Assembly: GCA_904063045.1 (NCBI GenBank)
Contig: CAJFCJ010000044.1
Coordinates: 1 to 64,000 of the forward strand
Length of the DNA: 64,000 nt
Direction of reading: 5' to 3'
From: Dimorphilus gyrociliatus
Lineage: Eukaryota; Animalia; Annelida
Each line of letters begins with the position of its first letter. Position 1 is the stretch's first letter. Below are positions 1 to 11,420 of the stretch, in pieces. The position numbers and the translations under genes were made by a program. The notes under the pieces are model-generated. The model saw only the letters and a list, made by a program, of their open reading frames with translations. It was not told where the DNA came from and made no database searches.

Positions 1-197
1 TATCTGCCTCCAACTCATCTATAATATTCCCTGCTGTCACCCTTTCCTTGTTTCTTTTAAGTCTCTTCACAATCCTACTCATTATTGCTAAATCTCTTTC
101 TGTTAGTCTATTGTTTGGGTGGTTTATATCTCCAAATATTGACTACTGTAGATTTTGCAATTGCCAAAGCTCTTGCTGTTTCCCTTACTTTTCCATT
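1..197 (-). mobile_element. Tc1/mariner transposase N-terminal HTH remnant, frameshifted
   Basis: Minus strand reads RETARALAIAKSTVVNIWRY, then in another frame RLTERDLAIMSRIVKRLKRNKERVTAGNIIDEL. This resembles the bipartite Tc1 DNA-binding region. Confidence 0.55.
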
Positions 198-1730
198 AAA
201 TGAATAATATATAATTAATAGATTAAATGCAAACTTGATGTCCAGTTAATTTGGACTTACAGCTAAATATAGTAATGATTGAATGAATAATTGAATCATT
301 GCATTATTCAAAAAAATCTGTCATTTAAATGAAATTTCTCCCTTTTAATAACAAATGGATTAGTTGGTTAATTTAACAATTAATTGATTATCAAAATTTA
401 AAGAGAAAGAGAAATGTTCAATCAATTAGCATCTTTATTAAAATACTTTAAATATATTTGAATGTAGCAGTAAAACAAACTACTCAACTGTTTATTCCAA
501 TTTAATAACTGATTGTGTTATGTTTAAAGTGTGAAGTTAGTTGGAAAGCATAGTTTATTTGAATAATCTTCTCATGAGCAATTAGTATGGTTTCTTTCAT
601 TTTTATTTATCTATATACTTGATAGGACTATACAATTTTAAGTGGACAATATTAAATCCTATAATACTATATTCTTGTTTATATTATACGAATGATTTGA
701 AGATTGAAAACGATAATAATACATATTTGGATTATTCAGCTATGTTTCTTATCTATAACTTGTTCAGTTCAACCGGAAACTGGTAAGAAATATCATTAAA
801 CAAATAGTCGTTTTACTTCTTTTTTTTCTATTTGTTAATAGTTTGTTACTATATTCAATACGAAAATAAGGTAATATGGGGTCAAAATCATCCTGGTCCT
901 AGTGGCTCTCAACCTCTATCAGCGTGTGCAACTGCATGTAGCCAATCAACAAATTGCAGGTATATATATAATCAGTTAGGGAATAGGTGAAAATTTTAGG
1001 CCTAAGCTGATGATTAAGATACAGGAAAACGAGATTAAGTAAATAATTTCTATAACTTATACTTAACTTTTTAAATATAGAAGTTTTGGTTACAACGGAC
1101 ACTGCCATTTAAACAATATTGCAACAGGAATGGTAACAAACACGAACTTTAGTGTCCACGTTAAAATTTATCGTAAGTTATTAAAAATTAAATAGAATAT
1201 CAATTCAATGCATAGAATGTATAACAGTTTCATTCTTAATTATTCGTCTTTCATTAAATGTTTACATAATATATCAAACATTCTGACAAACAACAGCCTC
1301 CTTCATAGGCTGAAGAAAAAAAAGAGTAAAAAGATAATTGATATTCCTTTCAGTGCAACCCTAAGCTGGCTCACCAGAAAATAGGGCTGTTATAAAAAAC
1401 ATTGGGTTGTTTTAAGCATAAAATCTGGACTGTAGGCTAGATAAGATAATATTGCCCAACTAGATCTTGGGGAGTTTGCAGACTGCTAACAGATCTGGCA
1501 CCGTCATACAGTATAAAATCACCTCTCCAATAGGCCTAATTCTACAATTTGCTTACTTTAACCTCTTTAGAATACTGATATAAATTTCAGAATGTATAGT
1601 GATTTGTGAATTATGAAATGCTAGATGAAAAAGCCCCGCTTATGGTTTCCTCTACTGGTTTCCTTGACAACGTTTCTTAACATAATTTCATATAATTATA
1701 AACAATGTATAAAGAAGAATATTTAAAGAT

Positions 1731-1967
1731 TTGGAAGCTTTTAAGCAGCACAAAAAATCTAAACCTTCATCTGCTGAAGAATATCCTACTCAAATTCAAA
1801 TAATACGTCGTCTGCTAAAATCGAAACGTCAAAATTTGAAGATTTATAAGCTACGTATGTGTCTTTGTAATACTATGAAATGGAAATTAAACGTTAATTT
1901 GCATATTCAATTACTTTGCCAGTGTAAATATGTTTATTTAGGTCAAGCGAAAACAAAATCCAGTTGA
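1731..1967 (+). mobile_element. Possible Penelope-like GIY-YIG endonuclease remnant
   Basis: Removing one T gives AYSITCQCKYVYLGQAK, like the VYxIxCxCxxxYIGQT motif of PLE endonucleases. Short and degenerate. Confidence 0.33.
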
Positions 1968-1979
1968 TTCTTACATTTT

Positions 1980-2922
1980 TTATCTTGTAGTGTATGCGTT
2001 ATTTCTCCCCCCTCTGTAACATCTGCAATGAATATCATTCTTACCTTGCCACTGTCGTATTAAAATGATAGAGGATGGGAAGGACAGCGCCTTTGGTGGA
2101 CGCTTTTTCCTACTCCTACGTATTCGGTTATTAAAAGCCAAAGAACTTACTTCCTTCGAAAAATAAATTGGCGTTACGGCCAATAAGATGGAGAATAATG
2201 GAATTCCAATAAAAGTAACAAACATTCTTCTTTTGCTAGATTGATGAAAGTACTCATCCACCAAATACGAACAGTTTGCAGAGAATGTCAAGAATATTGA
2301 AAATAGAATTAAAGATGCGGTTAATGAACAGTAGATACTTTTTCTCCAATCTTCATCGTTTTCGCTATAATTACTACCAAAATATTGATCACCTATGGCT
2401 AAGATTAATAAATAAACTCCTGCAATGATATCTCCAAATGCTGAATAGATTTGTATGAGAGAGATTCTCCTCCCCCTCTTCAGTTGGTCGTTCTCTCTTG
2501 ACAATTGATAATATTCATCCATGGATAAGTCATTGGTTTTATCAATTGTCCTCTTGAATTGAATTTGACGTCGCAATTTCTTTCATATTTTATGGTTAGG
2601 CCTATAAATGAAAATGAATCGTGAACGAAAATTTTTTGTAATAGCATAAAACTACTATAAACGTCTCGATTATTTTTACAATCTTTATTGAAATTACAAA
2701 CAAATTGGGATTGATCTTCTCTTTATCGCTACATTCAAACAATTCCCAATCCTGACAATCAATTTCATCTTCTCCAGTCTGACAATCGTCCTTTCCATCG
2801 CAAATATAGATAATATTGATACAAATCATTTCAGATTTACATAGAAAGCTGTTGTGTTCGCAATTTTTGAAAAGAGAATTAATCAAATTGTTTGGCGAAA
2901 TGTTGTATTCTTCTGTAATCAA
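1980..2922 (-). pseudogene. LDLa + LGR/GRL101-type 7TM receptor fragment (LDLa repeats, TM2-TM4)
   Basis: 2602-2922 has ICDGKDDCQTGEDEIDC (LDLa). 1980-2576 has GDIIAGVYLLILAIGDQYFGSNYSENDEDWRKSIYC, typical of LGR TM2-ECL1-TM3. No TM1 or LRRs seen. Confidence 0.68.
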
Positions 2923-3342
2923 TCAACGAGATTATTAAAGTTTGTCAAAAAGTCTAAATTGTCATTTCAGCCGATGGGAGGGAGGAACAGAATGTATTAA
3001 AATTGATTGATTAGGTTCAACTCCTCCCGGAATTCAGCTATATCTGTTCAATAGATTACTTTTGTGGAGTTTATCAAAAAACGTTTTCTTTCCTTCAACG
3101 CAAAAATACATGGAAAATATTTTTGCATAACACAGGATCTTTTTAGTTTGTCCATCAGCAAAACTGTAAGATTCGTTTAAAGGATCATAGGAGTAAAAAA
3201 AAGCTATATTAACTTAATGCTATAAATGATATTTCTAATTGAGTTATATGACAGAAAATTTCCAGTTTAGTTATTAAAGATATTATTCCTGATGTTGTTT
3301 TTGTTGTATTTGTTTGAAGAACAAAAAAAACGGTATGAATAA

Positions 3343-4944
3343 TTACCTAATTAAGTTAATTAGAAAAATAACTGTTGATAAAAGTACTGAAAAAACAATT
3401 ACAAAAGCAGAAATTCTGTTTGAGTAGTGAAAAATAAATGATTTTTTCATTGGGTTAACAACAGCTTGGTGTCTTTCTAATGAAATCAGAAAAGTACTAA
3501 TGGAAAATAAAACTAATGAGAAAGACATGCTTGTTCCAAGAAATTGACAAAGACTTTCTCCAAAATTCGTCATGTTCCAAATAGGATAATGAATAAAAAA
3601 CATCTACTGCTGCAATTGTCACAATATAACAGGATGTTACAAAATCACTTCATATCAAAATGATTTGAAAGTAATTTATCCTCTTCTTTGAACATATAAT
3701 CAAGAAAAAAGAAATTATATTTCCCATTAGACCTAAAATGCCAAAAAGCCAAAAAACAGATCTAGTTAACAATGAACTCAACAATCTCTCACAATTAAAA
3801 AAAATTAGAGATGAGGGAAAACATTGCACATTTTTACCGAAAGATTTCCAAACTAAACAACAAAACTGAAATTTGTCATCATGAAAATTATCATTTACAT
3901 TTTTAATGCCATCTATAGAAAAGTGACAAGACAGTTCAGTGTTTCTATATGAAAGACAGTTGGGTATTGAAGGAATTATTTTAATTGAACAGGGAAGCTC
4001 ATCACTTCCATGCAAGCAATTCACAATGTTGTCACATACTTTTGAAAGAGTGATAAAAACCTGTTCTTTTCTACATTTGAAATATCCTTTTGGACTGAAA
4101 TTGTCTGAAATAGAATATATTTATATATTTTCTAGGTAATATAATTGAAGTAAAAGAATTCAAAGATTCCAACCACAGTCAGTTTCATCATCACCCATAT
4201 AGCATATGGTTTAAAGATGTTTCTACATTCTCCCTCATCATTGTTACAGTCTTTCTTTCCATCATTTTTGTGAAAGTTTGGTATACATTGATCTTCACAT
4301 TCATGTTGAAACTTTTTATTGCAACCTCTGTAAAGATATATAAGAGAAAGAGTATTGCAATGCTCTGAAGATCTAACCACAGTAATACCTTTCTTGTATA
4401 TTTCTGCTATCGCATTTTTATGCCAACAAAATTCATCACTTTGATCAAAACAGTTTCTTTCATTGTCACAGATGTGATCATTGTGAACACATTGTTGATT
4501 TTTACATTTTCTTCACTTTGATAGAAATGATTATAATATAGTTTTATATAATTAATCAAAGTAAAAATATTACTAACTCATAATTTTCTGAGCATTTTCC
4601 ATGTTCTGTTTTATTAACTAATGAATTAACTTTGTGTCTAAGATAGATATTTGTTTAAACCAACTGCAATATTGCTCATCCGATCCATCTGAACAATCAT
4701 TTTGATAATTGCAAACTTTCATATAGTCAATTTTTTCATTGGAGTTAAAGCATTCAAAATAATAGAAATCACGAAATCTGCATTGTTTTACCTCTTCATC
4801 TTCATTATATCTGCAATCATTGTATCCATCACATTGATAAATATTATTTATATAATTTTTAGTAACATAGCAAAAAAAATATGTTCAGTGATAAATTCAT
4901 GTGGTTTTCTTCATTTTGAATTTCTAAATTGTCTTCTCTATTAA
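3343..4944 (-). pseudogene. Multi-LDLa GRL101-like GPCR, partial (LDLa repeats, hinge, TM1, TM3-TM4), no LRRs
   Basis: LDLa motifs CDGYNDCRYNEDE, CNYQNDCSDGSDEQYC, CDNEKNCFDQSDE, NCLHGSDELPC. Hinge FCCL...CFP...NCERLL. TM1 SVFWLFGILGLMGN. TM3 ending in SLERH. Confidence 0.75.
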
Positions 4945-5350
4945 AAACTTTCTATTTGAATGATTTCACAAATTTTTGTTTTTTTTGTAATAGATTATAC
5001 CGGAATTTTGGTACCAAATTCTTGGTATCAACATTTTGTCTAAGCAGCTTATATATTTGATCATCAAGTTATTGTGTAAAAGAAGCCTGAAGAGATTAAT
5101 ATATCAACAAAATCAACAAAAACATACTGAATGAAAAAACTTTAATTATACATCTCTTCTCTGTTTCCAGTTATGCCACCGCGAACCATATTGTACACTT
5201 CAGAATTGTCCTAATAAAATAAAAATATTCAATTATATGTTTTTCTAAATGTTTTTTTAAATAAAATGAATTTTTATAGAAGGATATTATTCAGATTATT
5301 CAAAGTTTTTTTTATAGAAATGTGGACATAATTAATTTTAGTGACATTAG

Positions 5351-7600
5351 GCAAAGATTTTTTGGATTGTGTATGAAAAAAATTCGAATAGGGGTGAAAC
5401 TGTACCTGGGTTAAACCGTACCCATTAAGAAGTTAAACCATACCAACTTTAAAATAATGAACATACCCTAACAAATGTATTATTTTGAATAATATTATAT
5501 ATACTGTATATATATATATATATATATGTATATGTGTGTGTAAATTATTAAATTAATTCCATAATATTCTGTTACTGAGAATACCAGTTTTTTAAATTGG
5601 TACTCATTTTAAGTCAGCCATTTTGATTTATTTCCGATATTGATTTTACAGAATCCTCAGTGAAATATTATTTTGGGAATCTATCCAAAATAAAACAAAG
5701 GTAACTGAATTATTATTGATGATAATAGCCCTTTTTCATAACTTTGAAAAAAAGTTTATTAAAGTAAATAGTGAAATAATAATTGTCTATCATCTTGCGT
5801 ATTATTATATGGTGTTAAGTAATGGCTTTAAATGTTTTTAAATATTGATTTCCCTTAACTGCTTTATGAATTTTTTATTACACAAAACTAATGTTTTATG
5901 TATAACAGATCCAGATTAAAAATGAAATGTAAAAATTGCAAACTTATTATATATGGGAGAGAGAAATGGAAACTTTGTGTGCTATGGAATGAAAAAATCC
6001 ATGAAAAATGTTTACTGAGTATGATATTTAAATGCACATCTTAATTTGTAACTACTTAACTTTTGTCTTCCAGATTCAAAGGTATCAGTTTGTCTGGACT
6101 GTGAAAAGAACCAGTTTCTTCTGCAGGTTAAAAGATTGAAAGATGATGATAATGATATTATTAACAGGGAAATTATGCAGATTGATCAACACAGAGATAT
6201 GGATGAGAGTGTCATTAATAGTGCAAATGAACATCAACATATAGAAGAAAGACACATTAATGAAAGAAGTCAAAATTCAAGTGCAATCAAAAGGCTCATT
6301 CTACATATTAGTGGATGAACTGAAAAAAGAGGGAGATTTGATCATTATCTATGAAAAGGTGATGTCTGATAAACAAATATATAGATATCAGAGAAAAAGG
6401 TATGTGGACAGAGAAAAAAAAATATTTGACATTTGGGATGAATACAAATTAGGAAAAATATTAGCAGATGAATTATTGCTACAAACATCTCATATATATG
6501 CTCCATAGATTTTACCTACATTTCATATTCTCTATTTCTTTTCATTTTTAATTCTTTTCATTTTTTAGATAAATGTATCTTTATATATCTGCCTATATAC
6601 ATTGTATCAGTATAACATAGATTTCATTATCACAAGTTTAATAAATATATATCATATATTAAATAAAAAATGGGTATGGTTTAACCCCTTTATGGGTATG
6701 GTTTAACCCGGGTACGGTTTAACCCAGGTACAGTTTCATCTGCTCCCCTACTTCTAGTAGTTTTATTGGTAATGGATATCCTCGAAATTGTGTTGATGAT
6801 CTGGTATGTGCTATATTTAATGTTGATGGTATTGCTTGTACACATACATCTCCAGAGAATCTTCCATAGTGGAAAGTCGATTTAGCCAATGAAACTATTG
6901 TTTATACAATTTCAATGATTGGAGATCTTGAACATCCTGGTAGATTAATGAATGCCCATATAAGTGTTACAGAAAATTCTACTATTCCAGTATTAAATAT
7001 GCCTATATTGTGTGCAAGTTTTAACAATATTTTACCTAATTATTCAACAGTAAGATGTCCAAAATTGACAATTGGACATTATGTATCAATCATCCTCAAC
7101 GCAAACACAGTCCTCACTGTATGTGAAGTTGATGTTTTTGGTGCCAATACCAATGATAGTATCATGATTTATTCAATTTTTGTAAATGGTACTGATTACC
7201 ATCATCTTGATACTCAATTTGTAAAAGATTGTAATGGACATGTAAAAGCTACTACAAATATATCAGAAGAGAACATCAATCATTTTAGGATTGAAATCAA
7301 AGGTGTTGGAATTGAAAATATATGCCAAAAATAAAATAATATGCCTGTGACAACTTTTCAAATTGGAGATAGAAAATATGACAAATTTTGTAAACTAACC
7401 AATGTATACAATGGTTATTTTATAGAAAGAGATATGTATGATAAATGTTCATATTCATACACTTGAAATGGTCATCTTTGTCATTCTATCTCTCTGTATG
7501 ATATCTCAAAATTCGAATCACTTGTCAAAGAAATATTTGTGTTTCTATACCCTAATACTTTTTTCCAATAAAAATAACCACTGTTGTAAACAAATCACAC
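5351..7600 (+). pseudogene. Fucolectin/F5-8 type C (FTP)-like secreted lectin pseudogene, interrupted by a TIR element
   Basis: SSS...NCVD...CTHT...P*WKVDL...GRL...GHYVSI...LTVCEVDVFG matches the FTP domain pattern. TAG replaces the Trp of PWW. The exon is restored in frame when 5391-6750 is removed. Confidence 0.68.
5391..6748 (+). mobile_element. Non-autonomous MULE (Phantom-like) derivative with TIRs and subterminal repeats
   Basis: Left end GGGGTGAAACTGTACCTGGGTTAAACCGTACCC is inverted to the right end GGGTACGGTTTAACCCAGGTACAGTTTCATCTGCTCCCC. Internal 6260-6508 is the MULE transposase C-terminus, near-identical to 46630-46866. TA on both flanks. Confidence 0.82.
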
Positions 7601-7849
7601 GGAAAGAGTCATCTATTTTGTCATTTGAGAGCACAATATAAAGATATAATTCACAATTCTTTAATATTCTTAAATGTGTAGCTTAACATATAAAAACAAA
7701 TTTGAAATATTGATTGACTAAACAAGTCTGTTCATGTTGATATTTTCTTAGTCTAAAACAATGAATAAATAATTTGACTGATACATCAACTATAGAGATA
7801 AAATATTTGTAGTTTTTACAATTAACATACACCACAAATGAAAGAACTC

Positions 7850-8900
7850 TTCGCATTCAATTTGGAATGAATTCCATTAATTAATCAAATCATATTAGAT
7901 ATTGAGAGGATTTAGTCTTCTTCTAGAATGTGATGGGTAATATCCATATAACAATTGGTTCTTGATGTAATCAATAAATGGTCCTAAATGTCTTGAAGCT
8001 AGCTGTTTGTTCTATATTCTTCAATACTCTTTTAATGATGTTTGATGGTAGAAATGGTAGTGCCATTGTTTTTTTCATAGTATGATAGCTCTCTCCTTTT
8101 GACTTATATTCACAAGAGTACCCCAATTTCTATAATGAAAATATTTGTTAATAGTTTTATAGAAGACAGTTATAAGGCTTACCTGAATTTTCCTATAAAC
8201 AGATCAAGTACAGTGAAAGACCCATCCTTCAATTGTAACCTCAGGATAAACAGAAGACAAGGCTCTCCAGATACCTCTTTCCAAATCCACGAGAAATTTC
8301 ATTCATATATGTTGATTGGTCAGCTCCTTTATTGACTGTTTTAAAATTTTTAATGTTTTGTAATATCAAATTGAAAAGCATTTATACCTGAAATAGTTTC
8401 TTATAAGCTGTCTTTTTCTTGGAAGCCATAAATGCAAACAGTAGGGGAACTTGTGTCATTCGTTGATGTTTCTTGGTGAATTCATGAACTGTGAAAAATT
8501 GGTAAAATGGATCTCTGACACATTTGAATATACCATGCAAAAACCACATCTTTCCCTTCAACAACAGCTCAATTTGTTTTGTTGAAAATATTATTATCCT
8601 GTCATCCTACATTTTAATATCTTTTACCAAAAAATTATCTGGTATAAGTGATAGTTCAAAATTTGAGTGGATATCAGTGGGCTCTGCTGTCTGAAATCTC
8701 CTTTTTGTCCAATTTGCTGAAAAGGCAGATTTGTTTTGCAGTGACATATGTTGGCCACATGGCCTTAATTTGAAGATTATATTTTAAATGTGTGATATAA
8801 CAGTCATTCTTTTTTTTGTTACATGTGAATTATGAGACTAACACATTTCATCTTTGTAAGCCTTTGACCATTTGAGCCCAAGCTTAGTTAAATGTATAAA
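7850..8900 (-). mobile_element. Degenerate FLYWCH-MULE transposase
   Basis: GKMWFLHGIFKCVRDPFYQFFTVH...QVPLLFAFMASKKKTAYKKLFQ (WFxDGTF/QLF motif), upstream IPDNFLVKDI...DRIIIFST, downstream MALPFLP. Confidence 0.78.
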
Positions 8901-8939
8901 AGGAAATGCATTTCCCCAGCTTGTAAGTGCAGCCCTCTA

Positions 8940-9190
8940 ACCATTAACTGGTTGTTTAAACTTACTGATTTAGAACTAGAAACCCATTTACTCAATACAT
9001 ATTCTTTGGACAGAATACTGGCATTTCGTTGATTAATTTCTACCAAAATTATGTTTTTTAAGACTGACTATTTGTGGACAAACTTGAAAGGTTCTACTTG
9101 TGTGAGTACTTTGGTGAGTTGGTAAATGATTGGAAAGGATGAATACTGTTCTGAAGAAGCAGAAATTCCTACAATTACAATACAACAAAT
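8940..9190 (+). repeat. Unclassified interspersed repeat, copy 1 (others about 47260-47630 +, 50130-50480 -, 60950-61080 +)
   Basis: Shared core ...GTGGACRAA...TAAATGATTGGARAGGA...CCTACAATTACAATRCAAC in all four places. Confidence 0.8.
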
Positions 9191-9676
9191 TACATTAATG
9201 TTCCCTGTCTCCCATGTGGAAACTTTTTGATGTTGCGACAGCTATGGCAGAGGTCATCTTTCCATGTGTCTTCTCTTTATTAAAACTATAGAAATCTTAA
9301 AATTAACAATTAATGACTTTCTTAGATAAAAGTCAACAAAACAATACAGTACCAGCAGTAAGTCACTGTTACACCTCAAAAAATAATATTTTCTTACCTT
9401 TTTCTCTTTCCGTACTTAAAGAATGAAAATGAAGGATATTATTATATTTAATAATATTCTTCTTATTATTGTAGAATAAACATATATGTTTTTCATTTTA
9501 AATCTCAGAAATATGATCACTTTAATGTGATAGGTCTATTTATGGAAAAGTACAAGCATCAACTGTGTTCAAAAAATTTACCTTGATCATTGAGTAGTGT
9601 CACTTTTAACCAGATTTTAAGGTCATTTATGTGTATGCACATGTGTAATCTAACATTTGACAAATTTAAAATAAAA

Positions 9677-9900
9677 ATGGTGAAGCTATCTGAAGGAACA
9701 AGAATTTCTATTTTAAATTGTCTTCAAAGACCTGAAATGTCCATTTGAAAAGTGGCAAAGCTTCTAAAGGCTCTTTTTATAAATTAATAGATATCTTGAA
9801 ACATGAAGCATCTCTTGTTCCAATGGTACAAAAGTTGGTGTCTGAGAAGAGAATGAAAAGGATCAAAAGAAAAGCTTTTTAATAATTAAAATAAAATACT
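9677..9900 (+). mobile_element. Possible Tc1-type transposase N-terminal remnant
   Basis: MVKLSEGTRISILNCLQRPEMSI*KVAKLLK resembles a Tc1 first HTH. Disrupted. Confidence 0.3.
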
Positions 9901-10039
9901 CAACATCTGAAATGAGCCTAAACTAGGACAAATAACAGCATTACAGCTTTTGGAAAGAACTGCAACCACATATACTCAACAGTAACTTTTCTAATTGATG
10001 ATATTTTTAAACTCTCTAACTTTTTCAGGTATAATGCTA

Positions 10040-11420
10040 TATCAGTTATAGATTAAGATGCAGATTATTGTTCTGATGGTCATGATGTCAGCAAACAAAA
10101 ATTATTTATTAAGTTAAAGAAAATAGATAATTATCATCAGAGGAAAATTCATCAAAATTATGATGAAACTGCTATTAATATGAAATCATTAATGGATAAT
10201 GCAAGTGAAAGCAACACAAATCAGGTAATTTCAATTCTTAAAAAATATTATTATCTCATCTAAATTTTTAACAGTTAAGGCTTTCCTTTGACTTTAATTC
10301 ACCTGAATCACCAAACAATGAAAAAGAGTTGAAATTTCCTGAAGATGGACAAGATATGGCAAAGAGAGTTGATATAAGTGATGAAACTTCATTTGAGATG
10401 GATAAGCAGCATAACATCATGAAAACAGATAGAAATGATTTAAAAATTGTTGTAGATGGAAGTGCAAAAAATAAAGACTTACTTCTACACAAAAATTGTT
10501 CATATTCTCTAAAAAGAAAAACAGAAAGTTTAATCACCTAGAGATGTACTCAGAGATATGCCAAAGGTCCATGTCCTGCATACATATTACAAAAATGATC
10601 AAAGTTCATTCATTGTAAGAAATGAAAATCATCTTCATAAGTTGCATAAAAACTTAGAGAATGTTCTTCAATCAAGAATGGACTTGAAAGAAATGGCAAC
10701 TGGTGACAATGGAAAAACAGGTAAAAGAATAGCTGAAGGTATTATCCTAAAATTTAAAGATAATATTGAAGACTTGCCAGAACTAGAATCACTAAGAAGA
10801 CAAGCTTCCAGATATAAAGAGAGTAAAATATCAAAGCATCCCAGAGATTTAGATTTTGAAATAAATTTGGATGAAATTCCAATAGATTTCTTATTGAGAG
10901 ATATACAAGAAAAGAAGAATCATTGTATTATATTTTGCACAAATCATCAAAAGAATTACTGGAATGTTGTAAAATTTGGTTCATTGATGCAACATTTAAA
11001 GTTGTCAGAGATCCATTTTATCAACTCTTTTCAATTCATGGATTCTTGAAAAAATATGATGAATGTCAACAGGTTCCATTGGTCTATGTTCTGATGAATA
11101 GCTAAAAGAAAATCTGTTGTATTGCTGTACTTCAGTTTTGAGATATTTCAGTATTTTAATCACTTTTAATTTGTCATTTTTCATTTGAAAACAGGAGATA
11201 AGAAAATTAATCAATGATAAAACTCCCAGAAAATGTGCTTGACTTTGAAAAGGCTATATGGATGGAAATTAAAGAGCAATTTCCCAATTCTCAAAAAGTC
11301 TTCCAATGTAATGAAACCAATCTAATGCTATTGTTACAGAATTTTAAAGAGAGGCTAAAGAAATTGAAAAGATTAGATAAATTATTCTATATTTTTTTAT
11401 ATTTGTTCTATTGCATATAA
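10040..11420 (+). mobile_element. Degenerate FLYWCH-MULE transposase
   Basis: GSAKNKDLLLHKNCSYSLKRK...*RC...CPA (FLYWCH), HPRDLDFEI...IPIDFLLRDI, WFIDATFKVVRDPFYQLFSIHGF...QVPLVYVLM, DFEKAIW. Confidence 0.85.
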
